A stretch of 64,000 nt of DNA from an uncultured Planctomycetaceae bacterium (GTDB lineage: Bacteria; Planctomycetota; Planctomycetia; Planctomycetales; Planctomycetaceae): contig CAWFAK010000004.1 of NCBI GenBank assembly GCA_963813715.1, positions 26,819-90,818 of the forward strand, written 5' to 3'. The position numbers and the translations under genes were made by a program. Under the pieces are notes generated by a model. It had not been told where the DNA came from. It searched no databases and saw nothing but the letters and a program-made list of their open reading frames with translations. Position 1 is the stretch's first letter. Each line of letters begins with the position of its first letter. This document shows, one piece after another, positions 9,125 through 20,606 of the stretch.

Positions 9125-10438
9125 CTCGCGCTGCCAGGAGAGCGGTCTCAGCAACCGTCGGGGCTGCTTGGGGACCCGTCCGGTGCTGAATGTTTGGTCC
9201 GTCCGGTTTCGGCACGGCCGCGAGCTCGACGGCCAGGATGGAGCTGTCGTCTTGAGGTCTCTCGGCTCCCTGCCACTGCGAGATCTCCCCCAGCAGGCTC
9301 CCGAGCCCGACTCGCAGCGGTTCGGCTCGATATCGCTCGATTGCTTCCCGGAGCCGGGCCTCGCCGAAGCGTTCGCCGTCGGCGTTCATCGCATCGGGCA
9401 AGCCATCGGAGTACAGATACATCCGGTCCCCCGCGCCAGATGGACCCGTCGTTCAGCGTACGCTTCCTCCGCCAAACCGATTGGAAACCCTGGGCTTTCG
9501 AGGATCACCGGGGGCCCATCGGCGGGAAGTAGCAGTGGGCCGGGATGGCCCGCGGAAACATGACGGAAATCCCCGTTCGCGACGTCCAGGACGCCGTACA
9601 TCAGCGTCGCGAATTGCTCCGTCGCCATGTCAAAGGGAAAGAGCCGATTGAGGCAGTCGGCGACCTCGGCTGGGGGCGTGATCTCGAGTCGATCGAGGGC
9701 GGCTCGATCACGGATCAGGATCGAGGACGGTTCTGACGGGGGCGAGAGGAGACGGCAGAGTGTCACCGACAGCAGGGCCGATGACACGCCATGGCCGCTC
9801 ACATCCAGAATACAGAGGCCAACCTTGCCGTCGCCGAGCGGAATGATGTTCAGCCCATCGCCAGCCAGTTCGTCGCAAGGCTGGTAGCACCAGGCGAACT
9901 CGGTGCCGGGGACCCGAGGCGCCGCGCAAGGTAGAAATGTCTTCTGGATCCTTGCGGCCGCCTCCAGATCGCGAGCCATTCGGCCGTTGACCCTCTCCAG
10001 TCGCGAGTTGGTCTCCTCCAGCTCGACGTGCAGGCGGCGGAGTTTCAGATGCGTCTCGACGCGCGCGTGCAATTCCTCCATTTGAAATGGCTTGGTGATG
10101 TAATCGACGCCGCCGACGGCAAACGCCTTCACCTTGTCGAGATTGTCGTTGAGGGCGCTGATGAAGATGATAGGAATTCCCCGCAGAGTCTCATCAGCTT
10201 TCAAGCACTGGCAGACCTCGTAGCCGTTCATTTCCGGCATATTGATGTCCAACAGGATCAGATCGGGAGGGTCCTTCCGCGCTGCCAGGAGCGCCAGTTT
10301 GCCGCTCGGAACGGGACGGGTTTTATAGCCGCGGTCCTTGAGCATGCCGGTGAGTACCTGGAGATTGGCCGCGGCGTCATCCACCACCAGGATGCTGGCT
10401 GTTTGGCCGATATCGGTTTCAGGCTTTTCCGCCTTCAT
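9108..10438 (-). CDS. Response-regulator receiver + SpoIIE/PP2C phosphatase, frameshift near 9430
   Basis: REC (ILVVDD, LLDINMP, KPF); PP2C motifs DVSGHG and SAGH; LYSDGL..GERFG..QDD in the second frame. Confidence 0.88.
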
Positions 10439-13400
10439 GGCAGGCTCTCGACAGGACTCAATGAACTTTCCGCAGGTTCTCCCTGGTCGAAGAGATCGAG
10501 CAGCTTCTGGTATTCAAAGCTTTCCGCCAGGCGGCGCAGCTTCTGGGCGAGTCGGGGATTGCAGTCTTCAACGCTGCGGATTTGTTCCAGCAGATCGTCC
10601 AGATCGGCCCGGATGATGGCTTCACGCATCTGGTGAATGAAGTCGTGCGGCAACTCCGCCAGGGACTCGGGAGTGATCTCGACCGTTTCCTCGGGGTCCG
10701 GTGCGGCAGGCGGCTCGGCGTAAACGAACTCTACGCCCAATTGGGCGTGAATCTTCTGGAAGAGGTCGATTTCCCGGAATGGCTTGCTGATGAAATCGTC
10801 GGCGCCGATCTTCAGCAGCTCCTGTCGGTTCTCGTCCATCGCACTGGCCGTCACGGCAATGATCTTGATCTCCCCGCCGCCGGCCATGGCCCGGATCTGC
10901 CGAATCGCCTCATGGCCGTCCATCACCGGCATGCGAAAATCCATCAAAATCAGATGGGGTCGCCATTTCTCAAACTCCCGGACGGCTTCGGCTCCATTGG
11001 TCGCCAGCCCGATCTCGAAACCGACGGGACCGAGAAGCTGGGCCAGCAGCTGGCGGTTATCCTCGACGTCGTCGGCAATCAGCACCCGGCAGTTTGCCTG
11101 CCCGGGCTGCAGCCTCAGGACCTGTCGGGGCGTCTCCTTCACTTGAACTGCCTGGGCCTCTCCCTCCTTCAATGGCAGGTGAACCACGAAAACGCTGCCT
11201 TTGCCAACCTGGCTTTTCACCGTGATGTCGCCAGCCATGAGACGAACAAACTCGCGGCTGATGGCCAGGCCGAGCCCCGTTCCGGTCGCCGCTTGTTGCC
11301 CCGACTTGGTTTGCTCGAAATGCCGGAACAACTTCTCTTGATCTTCGGGCGAAATGCCCGAGCCCGTGTCCTCAATTTCGACCACGAGAATGGGTCGCGT
11401 TGTGTCATTGCGGTCCGCGCGCACGCGCAACGCGATCCCCCCTTGCTCGGTAAACTTGACTGCGTTGCCCAGCACGTTAATGAAGACCTGCCGCAGCTTG
11501 TTGATATCGGTCACGATGTATTGGGGCACGCTGCCGACCATCTCGACCGAGAACGATAGCTTTTTCTCATTCGTGCGGAGGCGGAACATCATCTCCACGT
11601 CTTTGAGCAGCGCGAACAGGTCGAACGTGGTGAGATTCAGGGTCGTGCGGCCGGCCTCGATCTTGGACATTTCCAGGATGTCATTGATCAGGGCCAGGAG
11701 ATGCTCGCCGCTGCGATTGATGGTTCCCAGGTACTGGTTTTGTCGCGGCGTGAGATCCTGGTCGCGGAGCATCAACTGGGAGAACCCGAGGATGGCGTTC
11801 ATGGGCGTGCGGATTTCGTGCGACATGTTCGCCAAGAAGACGCTCTTGGCGCGGTTGGCTTGCTGCAACGACTGCTCGTAGCGTTTGCGTTCGGTGACAT
11901 CGCGGGCCGCGGCGAACACCCCCTGAAGCTTTCGGTCGCGATCGTGGAAGGTGGATGCGTTATAGGACACCACGGTTTCCTTGCCGTCCCTGGCGCGCGG
12001 TGAGTTCGTAGTCGGTGACCTTGCCTTCGCCCAGCACCAGCTTGATGCCCGCTTCGGCCCGATCGGAGTCGGTGAAGTAACCCTTGAACGGCGCGCCGAT
12101 GAGCTCGTCGCGCGTGCATCCGGTGAGCGCCTCCATCTGCTTGTTCACGTCGGTGATGATGCCGCGCGGATCGGTGGTGATCAGGGCATCAATGTTCGAT
12201 TCAATCAGCGAGCGGGTGTAGAACTGTTGATCGCGCACGCGCTGATCCAGCAGCATTCGCTCGGCTTCCACCTGCTTTCGTTCGGTATTGTCGGTGCCAA
12301 TCAAGAGATAACCGATAATTCCGCCTTCCGCGTCACGCAGCGCCGTCACCGACACGATGGCCGGAAAGCGGCTGCCATCCTTGCGGATGTAGGTCAATTC
12401 GTAGATGTCCTCGATCCCGCGCGAGGCCTTGAAAACCAACGCCTCGAAGCCCGGAGTGATCGTGGTCCCTAGCTGGGCGCTCAAGGCTTTGGCGCGCGTA
12501 ATCACTTCCTGCGGATCGGAAATGTCGGCCGGCGTAATCTTGTTCATCACGTCCGCGGCCGTGTACCCCAACATGGCCTCGGCGCCGACGTTGAAGATTT
12601 GGATGACGCCCTTCTCGTCGGTGGCGATGCTGGAGAAGTTGGGGCTGTTGAAGATCGCGTTCTGCAACGCGCCGGCTTTGAGCAGCGCTTCTTCCGCCCG
12701 CTTGCGCGGTCACGTCCTCCATCGCCAGAACGAGCAGTTCCCCGTGATGCCCCGCCTGAAGCTTGCGGGCGTTGAGCAGCATCACCCGGCGTCCGATGAC
12801 CGGGAACGTGTGCTCGAGCTCGAAGTCGTCGAAGACGGAGCTTTTGGGCACAACATCCTCGAGCAGCGTCCGCAGATCGGGAATGTCCCATTGGCCGTTG
12901 CCCAATTCATAGATCAGGCGGTCCTCAGTCTCCGCGGACGAAACGTGAAAGGCCTGATAGAAGGCGCGATTGGCGGACCGGACGCGCAAGGTGGCATCGA
13001 GGATCAGCAGCGGCTCGCGTACCGTGTCAACAATATTCTGGGCGTAGGTTTCGATCGCCTTCAGATCGGCCTCGGAGCGCCGCCGCTCCGTTACGTCCTC
13101 CATCGCCAGCACGAGCAGTTCCCCGTGATGGCCCGCTTGAAGCTTGCGGGCGTTGAGCAGCATCACCCGGCGTCCGATGACCGGGAACGTGTGCTCGAGT
13201 TCGAAGTCGTCGAAGACCGAACTCTTGGGGACAATGTCCTCGAGCAGCGTCCGCAAGTCGGGGATGTCCCACTGGCCGTTGCCCAGCTCGTAGATCAGAC
13301 GGCCCTCGGTCTCCTTGGGCGAGACGTGGAAGGCCTGGTAGAAGGCGCGATTGGCGGACTGAACGCGCAAGGTGGTGTCGAGGATCAACAGCGGCTCGCG

Positions 13401-13463
13401 CACCGTGTCGACAATGTTCTGGGCGTAGGTTTGGATATCCTCGACCAGTGGTTCTTGTGTCAT
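10435..13463 (-). CDS. Multi-PAS hybrid histidine kinase (PAS repeats, HisKA, HATPase, REC), two frameshifts
   Basis: ORFs 12333-13544, 11960-12667 and 10435-11973 join at ~12700 and ~11995. SHEIRTPMN, NAVKFT, GTGLGL and REC domain present. Confidence 0.85.
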
Positions 13464-13523
13464 GGGCGTTCCTTTATGTGCTTCGAGGTTCTCACGGGCG
13501 GCCGCGCGCCCCAAGTGCACGCG

Positions 13524-13557
13524 CCGACGAAGGCAGTCCGTCACGAACCTGTCGACG
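13524..13557. repeat. 34-bp duplicated hairpin element, copy 2
   Basis: CCGACGAAGGCAGTCCGTCACGAACCTGTCGACG. Confidence 0.8.
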
Positions 13558-13807
13558 GTCTGCCCGCCGGCAAGGGAAACACTTGCGTTGCCGCCGAACC
13601 GTCTTCAGAGGTCTCCACGACCGAGAACCTGATCCCGGCGTCCGTGAACACTCGCGGCATCTTGGTGATCGCGTCCATGGCATCCTCCAGTGTCGAAAGA
13701 ACATCGGCGTGGGAGCGCTGCGCGATTTCGCGAAGGCCCTCTTTACCGGGCCGCGTGATCCATCTCACAACGCCCGAACTTGATACTGCTTTTACAAGGT
13801 AAGGCAT
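13541..13807 (-). CDS. Small hypothetical protein (MP[FY][IL]xK family, member 1)
   Basis: 88 aa MPYLVKAV...RWI...ADVLSTLEDAMDAITK...IRFSVVE; aligns with 23026-23226 and 23236-23442. Confidence 0.7.
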   Translation of the reverse strand: MPYLVKAVSSSGVVRWITRPGKEGLREIAQRSHADVLSTLEDAMDAITKMPRVFTDAGIRFSVVETSEDGSAATQVFPLPAGRPSTGS

Positions 13808-13911
13808 GAGCTCAGCACTCCTCGCAGAACTGCGACGGGCATTGACCGCGAATGGCAGGGGTGTCTCGCCATTGAGCCAGTCGCCCGTAAATCCAATCAA
13901 AGACACGAGAG

Positions 13912-15468
13912 TTAGGGCGCCGGTCGCCCAACCGTTTTGAACAGTTCGCGCAGCTTCGTCACGTCCACGGGCTTGACGTAGTAATGGTTAAATCCGGTTT
14001 CCTGTTGACGCTCGCGGTCGGCTTCGCTCGGCGTATAGCCGGTCAAGGCACACATCATCACGTCCTTGAATCCCGGCAGCTGTCGCAAACGCTTGGCGAC
14101 CTGATAACCGTCTATTCCCGGAAGGCCAATATCCAACAGCACGACGTCGGGCCGACAAGCCGCGGCCAGCTCCAGGGCTGCCGGGCCAGAGCGAGCCACT
14201 TGGACTTCGTGCCCGTACAGACGCAGCAACAGGCTCAGGCTATCCGCCGTATCGACGTTATCTTCCACCACCAACACCCGCAGCGACCGTTCCGGGTGGT
14301 CCAGTTCGAGCACGGTTCTCGTTTCCGGCACCGGCGCACGTGTCAGCACCGGCAACTTGATCGTAAATTCGCATCCCTTTCCCAATCCGGCACTGGACGC
14401 CTGCAACCTGCCTTCGTGCATCTCGACCAGGTTGCGAGCGAGAGCCAGGCCGATCCCCAATCCGCCGTACGAGCGACCGAGCGAGCCGTCGACCTGTGTA
14501 AACAGCTCGAAGACGTGAGGCAGCAGTTCCGGGGTGATCCCGACTCCGTTATCCCGCACTTGGATCACGGCTTCGTTACCTTCCTGACTGACGGCCATGC
14601 GGATCAGTCCGCCCGCTTCGGTGTACTTCGCCGCATTGTTGAGCAGGTTGACCACGACCTGCTCAATTCGAGTGGGGTCCGCCTCCACCCAGATCGGCGC
14701 GGTGGGGAGAGAGACCGAGAAATCGTGTTTCCGCGCGTCCATGAAGGGCCGGACCGACTCGGCGGCGTCGTTGACGACGCCCCGCAGTTCGACTTGCTCC
14801 TTGGTCAGCCGCAATTTCCCTTTGGTGATCCGGCCGATGTCCAAAAGGTCGTCGACCAGTCGCACCATCACGCCCACTTGCCGGTCGATGATGTTTCCGG
14901 CTTGCGCGATGATCGGGTCGTTCGTCTTCATCTGTCGCAGGATGCTCAAAGCATTGCGAATCGGCGAGAGGGGACTGCGGAGTTCATGGGAGAGCAGCGC
15001 CATAAACTCTTCTTTGCTCCGGTTGGCTTCAGCCAGTCCGTCGGCCCGCTTCCGTTGAGCCAGCGCCGCTTCGCTTTCGGTGAGGTCGTGCATCACTCGA
15101 GCGAATGACCGGGCCTGCTTGTCCTCATTGAGCAAAGGCGTCACGGTCGCGTGACACCAAAACCGTGTTCCATCTTTGCGGAGCTGCCAGCAGTTGTTGT
15201 GAGCCCGCCCCTCAGCCAGCGCCGTCTGGAGTTCATGCTCGGGTGCGCCGCTGCGAATTTCTTCGGGGGCAAAGAAACAGGAAAAGTGCTGCCCCACGAT
15301 TTCGTTGGACAGATAGCCGAAGAGTTGTTCCGCCCCTGGGTTCCAACAAATGACATGTCCTCCCAGGTCGACCAGGAAGACGGCGTATTCCTTTGCGTCG
15401 GTCGCCAGCAGGTCGAAGCGCTCTCCGATTTCTTGCGACGAGAGATGGCCTGAGCTTTCTGAAGACAT
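13912..15468 (-). CDS. Hybrid histidine kinase PAS-HisKA-HATPase-REC
   Basis: WNPGAEQLFGY PAS, SHELRSPL, NAAKYT, GGLGIGL, VLLDIGLPG. Confidence 0.92.
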   Translation of the reverse strand: MSSESSGHLSSQEIGERFDLLATDAKEYAVFLVDLGGHVICWNPGAEQLFGYLSNEIVGQHFSCFFAPEEIRSGAPEHELQTALAEGRAHNNCWQLRKDGTRFWCHATVTPLLNEDKQARSFARVMHDLTESEAALAQRKRADGLAEANRSKEEFMALLSHELRSPLSPIRNALSILRQMKTNDPIIAQAGNIIDRQVGVMVRLVDDLLDIGRITKGKLRLTKEQVELRGVVNDAAESVRPFMDARKHDFSVSLPTAPIWVEADPTRIEQVVVNLLNNAAKYTEAGGLIRMAVSQEGNEAVIQVRDNGVGITPELLPHVFELFTQVDGSLGRSYGGLGIGLALARNLVEMHEGRLQASSAGLGKGCEFTIKLPVLTRAPVPETRTVLELDHPERSLRVLVVEDNVDTADSLSLLLRLYGHEVQVARSGPAALELAAACRPDVVLLDIGLPGIDGYQVAKRLRQLPGFKDVMMCALTGYTPSEADRERQQETGFNHYYVKPVDVTKLRELFKTVGRPAP

Positions 15469-15550
15469 TCGGCCCGCCTTTCGAGACTCGCCCTGTCGGA
15501 TCTTCGGACAAATGACGTGTGGCTTTCGACCCTTGCGGAACGAATGGGGA

Positions 15551-16561
15551 TTAGTTCTCGATTGGCAAGGCCAGCCTCATGTGTTTTCTCTCGCGCGGCT
15601 CGGGACAATCTCGCAGGTAGTCGAGAAGGTCAGAGAGTTGCGCCGTGGCCAAGGCCAGGCAAGTGTCCGCGCCGCCGTAGTAGATGCGAATCGTGCCGTT
15701 GGGACCCAAAATCCAACCGCACGGAAAGACGACACCGTTGACGTCTCCGTGACGTTCGTAGGCCGTTTCCGGCGCGAAGATCCACTCGTCGCTGCGGCGA
15801 ATGACGCGACGAGGGTCCTCCAAATCGAGCAGAGCCAACCCCAGTCGATAGAGGCAGCCTCCGGCCGTGACGCGGACGCCGTGATACATCAGCAGCCAGC
15901 CCTCCGGGGTTTCGAGCGGAGGGGGGCTCAAGCCGATCTTGTTCGCATCCCACCAGGCTCCGCGGCGTGCCGGCAACAGGATGTGATGATCGCCCCAGTG
16001 AGTCAGGTCGGGTGAGAAAGACAGCCAAATATGCGCCCCCGAGCTCCCCGCGGAAACCGGTCGATGGATCATCGCGTAGCGATTGCCAAAGCGAACGGGA
16101 AACACGGCCGCGTCCTTGTCCTCGGGGGGCATGACGGGGCCGAGCCGGGTAAACGAGTTGAAGTCTTTGGTGGTCATTAGTGAGACGAGCGGTCCACTGG
16201 GCGAATAAGCCGTGTAGGCGATGACCCATTCGCCGCGCTCGGCGACCCACGTCAACCGCGGGTCTTCGACGCCCCACTCTTCTTCCGGGAAGTTCGCCGG
16301 TTCGGGGGCGAAGCTGGGCTTGGAATCGATGTGCCAGTTCGACACGCCGTTGTTACTGCGGGCCACAGTCAGATGCGAATGGCCGCGCCGATCCTCCACG
16401 CGGACAAGCAACACCGTTTCGTCACCGACCTGGCACGCGCCGGCATTAAACACGGCATGGGCCGGATAGGGCCAATCGCGAGCCGTCAGGATCGGATTGG
16501 ACGGATTGCGCTTCAGAAGTTCTGTATAAAGACCAGATGGCTTCGATTCTCGCAGCATCAC
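15551..16561 (-). CDS. GH130-family glycosidase/phosphorylase
   Basis: NPIL, VFNAGA, GVEDPRL, EDKDAAVFP, HRP, YHGV, VVFPCG and YYGGAD motifs. Confidence 0.88.
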   Translation of the reverse strand: MMLRESKPSGLYTELLKRNPSNPILTARDWPYPAHAVFNAGACQVGDETVLLVRVEDRRGHSHLTVARSNNGVSNWHIDSKPSFAPEPANFPEEEWGVEDPRLTWVAERGEWVIAYTAYSPSGPLVSLMTTKDFNSFTRLGPVMPPEDKDAAVFPVRFGNRYAMIHRPVSAGSSGAHIWLSFSPDLTHWGDHHILLPARRGAWWDANKIGLSPPPLETPEGWLLMYHGVRVTAGGCLYRLGLALLDLEDPRRVIRRSDEWIFAPETAYERHGDVNGVVFPCGWILGPNGTIRIYYGGADTCLALATAQLSDLLDYLRDCPEPRERKHMRLALPIEN

Positions 16562-16600
16562 GGCTTTCTTATTGAGTCAGTTGATCGCGTTCGCGCGATT

Positions 16601-17707
16601 TCAGACGACGTCGCAGTGTTCTTGCGCAACGTGCGCTGAGGTTTCCGCCCCGCATATTTCCGCACTGCGCAATTCGGTCCATAAATACGCCAAAGTCGAT
16701 TCGGCTCCCTGGTTCCGATTCAGGCCCGAGGCCTGTAATCCGTCGCAGCAAGCGCCGTCCGACGCGTCGACGAGTGGTTGCCTCAAGCTGTTTTCGCCGT
16801 AGAACCAGGCGCGCGCCCTGCGGAAGGTCGAGCGGTACCTCTCATCGCCCAGCAGGTCTAAGCCGGCGAGTGCCGCGTCGGCCATTGTGGAGGCTTCCAC
16901 CGGCTGCTGATCGTAGAGCGCCTTGTCTTCTCCGTGCGGGTACCAGTCGTCATTTCCAACGGGCCAGAAAATTCCGTCGCTCGTCGTCTCCGCTTCGAGA
17001 AATGCAAACGCGGATGCGGCGACATCGAGAAACCCGTTCCCCTGCCAAAGCTGGGCGGCGACGAACAGGGCGTGTGGCAACACCGCATTGGCATAAGTCA
17101 TCCGCGATTCGAACCACGGCCAGTCACTCCGCATCGAGCGGTTGTAACACTCGACCAGTCGCAGAGCCGCCGACCGCGCGACGCTTTCGATCGCGCTAAT
17201 CTCCTTTGCCCCCTGTCCCCACAGATGGCCCCAAGCCAGGATCACGTAGGCCTGAGCGCGGAAGCTGCGCAGCTCGGCTAGAGCCGGGAGAACCGCTTCG
17301 ATCAACTCCCGCGCCAAGAGCCGGTAGCCCTCCGGCAGAGAGCTGCCGGCGACCTCGGCGAGCGCGATGACCGCCTGACCCTGGCAATCGCCGGTGCCTT
17401 CCGCATCGAGCCAATCTCGCTGGTAACTCAGGAAGTTGTGGAATCCGCGAACCGGGCAGCGGGCGTGTTCCAGAAAACTCAGGTAGCGCGTCACGCGACC
17501 GAGCATTTGCTCGTTCGGATCGCGGGCCCAGAGTCGAGTGCACAGCCGCAGGGCGCGGGCGTTGTCGTCCGTCGTGTAACCACTTTCGCGTCGCGGAATG
17601 CTGTAAATCGCATGTTGAATCAACCCGGTTGAGTCGGTCATCCGGTCCAAGTGACACAACGGGATGCGATGAGAGATCCCTTGCGGGATGACATGGCCGT
17701 CGGACAT
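16601..17707 (-). CDS. Glycosyltransferase-associated (alpha/alpha)6-like protein
   Basis: HLDRMTDSTGLIQHA, GYTTDDNARAL, DQQPVE, NRNQGAESTL; this domain is often fused C-terminal to GT4. Start overlaps the GT4 stop. Confidence 0.82.
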   Translation of the reverse strand: MSDGHVIPQGISHRIPLCHLDRMTDSTGLIQHAIYSIPRRESGYTTDDNARALRLCTRLWARDPNEQMLGRVTRYLSFLEHARCPVRGFHNFLSYQRDWLDAEGTGDCQGQAVIALAEVAGSSLPEGYRLLARELIEAVLPALAELRSFRAQAYVILAWGHLWGQGAKEISAIESVARSAALRLVECYNRSMRSDWPWFESRMTYANAVLPHALFVAAQLWQGNGFLDVAASAFAFLEAETTSDGIFWPVGNDDWYPHGEDKALYDQQPVEASTMADAALAGLDLLGDERYRSTFRRARAWFYGENSLRQPLVDASDGACCDGLQASGLNRNQGAESTLAYLWTELRSAEICGAETSAHVAQEHCDVV

Positions 17708-18957
17708 CAGAGACCTCCCCCCAAAAGTTTAGCGCATCGCGCCTTGCCGCTCGATTTCGTCAGGGCGCTGCGAACAGCACGCCGCGGGGCTGCATCGTTT
17801 GCGGAGGCAGCGTTTGCAAAGGCAGCGCTTCTAAAACAGTCCAAATACTGACGGCCCACGTTCGGCCAAAACATGAGCTTCGCGTAGCTGTGGGCGCGGT
17901 GTCCGGTCTCCGCCCGAAACTCGGGGTTGTCCAGAAATCGCAAAGTCGCGTCGGCCAGAGCATCGCTTTGTGCGAAGGGCACGATCAGGCCGCGACCCTC
18001 GGCCAGGACCTCTTCGGCGTACAGGTAGGGCGTGCTCACGACCGCTCTTCCCGCCGCCAGGGCATAGGCCAAAGTGCCGCTTGAAATCTGATCTTTTCCG
18101 GGGTAGGGCGTCACGTAAACGTCGCAGGCTTGCAAGTGTTCCATGAGTTCGTCGAGCGCAAGGAATTTGTTCACGAAGTGCACATGCGCGCCAACACCGA
18201 GCGCGTCCGCCCGCGCGGCCAGGCTCTCCCGATAGACTTCTCCCTCGCGTCGCTTCACTAACGGATGTGTGACTCCGACCACCAGATATTGGGCTTGCGG
18301 ATGGGCCTGCACGATGCGGGGCATGGCCTCGATCATGTATTCAAGGCCTTTCCCGCGGTTAATCAGGCCAAAGGTACAGATCACCTGACGATTGGCGAGT
18401 CCCAGCCGGGCCTTCTGTGTGTCGTCTCGCGCGGACGCGACCACCGGGACGCCATGCGGAATGATTTGCACCTTTGCTCCGGCGACGCCGTAAACCTGAT
18501 CGAGGAGCCTGGCAGCCACTTTCGTCATCACGATCAGGCTTTGGCTCTTGGCCGCCAACTCCCGAATGATGAGCCAAGGAGCCGGAGCCGGCTTGGTCAT
18601 CAGCGTGTGGAACGTCGTGACAATCGGCTTACGGCACGCACGCACAAAGTCCAGCACGTCGCCGCCCCAATCACCGGGGTAGAGGCCGAACTCGTGCTGC
18701 AGACTCACCACATCGCACGGACCGTCGTTCGCCACGTCTGCCGCAAGGGTGTAGGCTTCGTCGCAACTGTTATCGATCACGTGGACGACGCGCGGATCGT
18801 CATAACTGAGCGACGGGGTCTTCAGGATCGCAGCCGACGAGGAAATTGGCTCGCCTGCCGCAAGATCCACCGCATCGGCGGTGTCCTTGGTGAAGGTCGC
18901 CAGCCCACACTCTTCAGGCGGGTAGGTCGACACAAACAGCGGTCGAACGAGATCCAC
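17707..18957 (-). CDS. GT4 glycosyltransferase
   Basis: [46 protein letters not shown]. Confidence 0.9.
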   Translation of the reverse strand: MDLVRPLFVSTYPPEECGLATFTKDTADAVDLAAGEPISSSAAILKTPSLSYDDPRVVHVIDNSCDEAYTLAADVANDGPCDVVSLQHEFGLYPGDWGGDVLDFVRACRKPIVTTFHTLMTKPAPAPWLIIRELAAKSQSLIVMTKVAARLLDQVYGVAGAKVQIIPHGVPVVASARDDTQKARLGLANRQVICTFGLINRGKGLEYMIEAMPRIVQAHPQAQYLVVGVTHPLVKRREGEVYRESLAARADALGVGAHVHFVNKFLALDELMEHLQACDVYVTPYPGKDQISSGTLAYALAAGRAVVSTPYLYAEEVLAEGRGLIVPFAQSDALADATLRFLDNPEFRAETGHRAHSYAKLMFWPNVGRQYLDCFRSAAFANAASANDAAPRRAVRSALTKSSGKARCAKLLGGGL

Positions 18958-18984
18958 AAGGCGCTCCGTGAAAAAGTGTGCGTT

Positions 18985-19347
18985 CTAGACCATCGACCGC
19001 TGATGAACGCCATGATTGCGGTTTCGAGAGTCACGATTGCGCGTCCGGATGAATTGCGTGCCGAAGTTGTACTCGGCCCCGATGATGAGGCTCTTGGAGG
19101 AGCAGGAGACACAATGACGTTTGGCGGTCGGCGCCGTGTTCCAACTTCCGCAGGCTCCGCAGAAATAAGCCACGAGCGCGCTCGCGCCGCACGTGCATCG
19201 CCCGGGACGAAGCCGACTGGTGGAGACGATTCTCTTGCAATGACGGCAAGACCAACGATAGAGAGGCAGCCGCAGCCAGGCGTAGGTCCCTCCCGCTAGA
19301 GCTAAAACGCAGCCACCGGCCACGACCATCCACGTCTGAGGATTCAT
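18985..19347 (-). CDS. Small membrane-anchored Cys-rich (zinc-finger-like) protein
   Basis: N-terminal hydrophobic helix followed by CRHC, CTCG, CGAC and CVSC; GAAGGAG-like RBS upstream. Confidence 0.7.
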   Translation of the reverse strand: MNPQTWMVVAGGCVLALAGGTYAWLRLPLYRWSCRHCKRIVSTSRLRPGRCTCGASALVAYFCGACGSWNTAPTAKRHCVSCSSKSLIIGAEYNFGTQFIRTRNRDSRNRNHGVHQRSMV

Positions 19348-19456
19348 TCCAACCGACTCCTTCTTCCGTCACATTTGCAGGATCCGGCGATAACTGCCCA
19401 AGGCACTCGTTGCCGCAAACGAACGCGAACTGGCTCGCCCACGCGGGCACGGCAAC

Positions 19457-19507
19457 AAAAAAAGCCGACGCGGCAGAACACGTGAGAGTGTTCTGCCGCG
19501 TCGGCTT
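19457..19507 (-). terminator. Intrinsic terminator upstream of the GT4/GH130 cluster
   Basis: Perfect 20-bp stem AAGCCGACGCGGCAGAACAC/GTGTTCTGCCGCGTCGGCTT running into a T tract. Confidence 0.85.
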
Positions 19508-19563
19508 ACTCAGCAACGAGCCCCCCGAATCGGCCGGGTTGCCCCTTCTTTAGTCATCCGACA
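19457..19563 (-). promoter_or_regulatory. Putative structured leader/attenuator RNA, copy 2
   Basis: Minus strand TGTCGGATGACTAAAGAAGGGGCAACCCGGCCGATTCGGGGGGCTCGTTGCTGAGTAAGCCGAC overlaps a terminator. Confidence 0.75.
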
Positions 19564-20159
19564 GCGATCGCTGAAGGCGATCTCGATGTCTCAACAGGAT
19601 CAAGTGTAGCTCAAAGAGCCGTGGATGCATAGGAGCGTGCGCCGCCGGTTGCCCAAAGTCAGTCTTCTTGCGGAGAGGCGATGCTGCAGAAATACAGCGA
19701 AGCCGTCCACGAAGGGGGGCAAAACGACCCCGCCCAGCTTAAAGGGAATCGCGACGGGCCGGGCCGGCAAAAACTGACGCGTACGATGAATAACAGCCGG
19801 CACCAGCCGTTTGCCGCACTATCACTTGTGGGCATCGGTCAATCGTCTCAATGGTTATTTGAGTCGCATCATAGTTTCGAGGGCGCTCGTGGCTTCACAT
19901 TCTTGCTCGGCCGGTTACGGTGCCAATCTCAAGCTCCCCTCGCCCGCGCAAATATGTTCTTCAAATGGAACGTACCGGATTCGACGAGTTTCCAGGAATC
20001 CGACTTCGATCACCGCCTTGATCGGTGGTCGAATTCGGACAGTGCGCGCGGTAATGATGCGCCAGACCCCGGGGCAGTCCATTCTCGGAAAAGGCTTGAT
20101 GTTCCGGAATTCGACAGCCGACCTTGTCCGATTTGAATTGCCCAAAGAGGTCGGAGTGT

Positions 20160-20606
20160 TCACTTCGCCTTGGTCAGCCAGCGATCGAATTGGTCGGCGA
20201 ATGCTTGCCGGTGTCGTGCGCTGAAATTCGCTGGTCCGCCAGTGATCAGGCCTTCGCCGCGCAGTCCATCTAACAAATTTCGGGCGGCAAGTCGCTCGCC
20301 AACATTCGCATCGGTGTACAGTTCGCCGTGGGGATCGAGGGCTTGGCCCCCTTTCGACACCACTTGCGCAGCGAGCGGAATGTCAGCCGTGACCACCAGA
20401 TCTCCGGGTGCGACCAAGCCGACAATGTATTGGTCCGCGACGTTGACGCCCTCGCGGACGCAAACGCTGCTGATGAACGGCGACGCTGGAGTACGCAGGG
20501 GTCGATTGGCGACAAGTGTCACCTTGATCTTGCGCCTCTTTGCGGCGCGATACAGCAACTCCTTGATTTCGCCGGGACACCCGTCAGCGTCGACCCAAAT
20601 CTGCAT
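20160..20606 (-). CDS. YaiI/YqxD (UPF0178) family protein
   Basis: MQIWVDADGCP, VANR, GDLVVTADIPLA, GGP motifs. Confidence 0.9.
   Translation of the reverse strand: MQIWVDADGCPGEIKELLYRAAKRRKIKVTLVANRPLRTPASPFISSVCVREGVNVADQYIVGLVAPGDLVVTADIPLAAQVVSKGGQALDPHGELYTDANVGERLAARNLLDGLRGEGLITGGPANFSARHRQAFADQFDRWLTKAK

Noticed and set aside
19600..20163. Overlapping ORFs on both strands upstream of leader copy 2
   Set aside because: No recognisable motifs or convincing starts; cannot choose a real gene.
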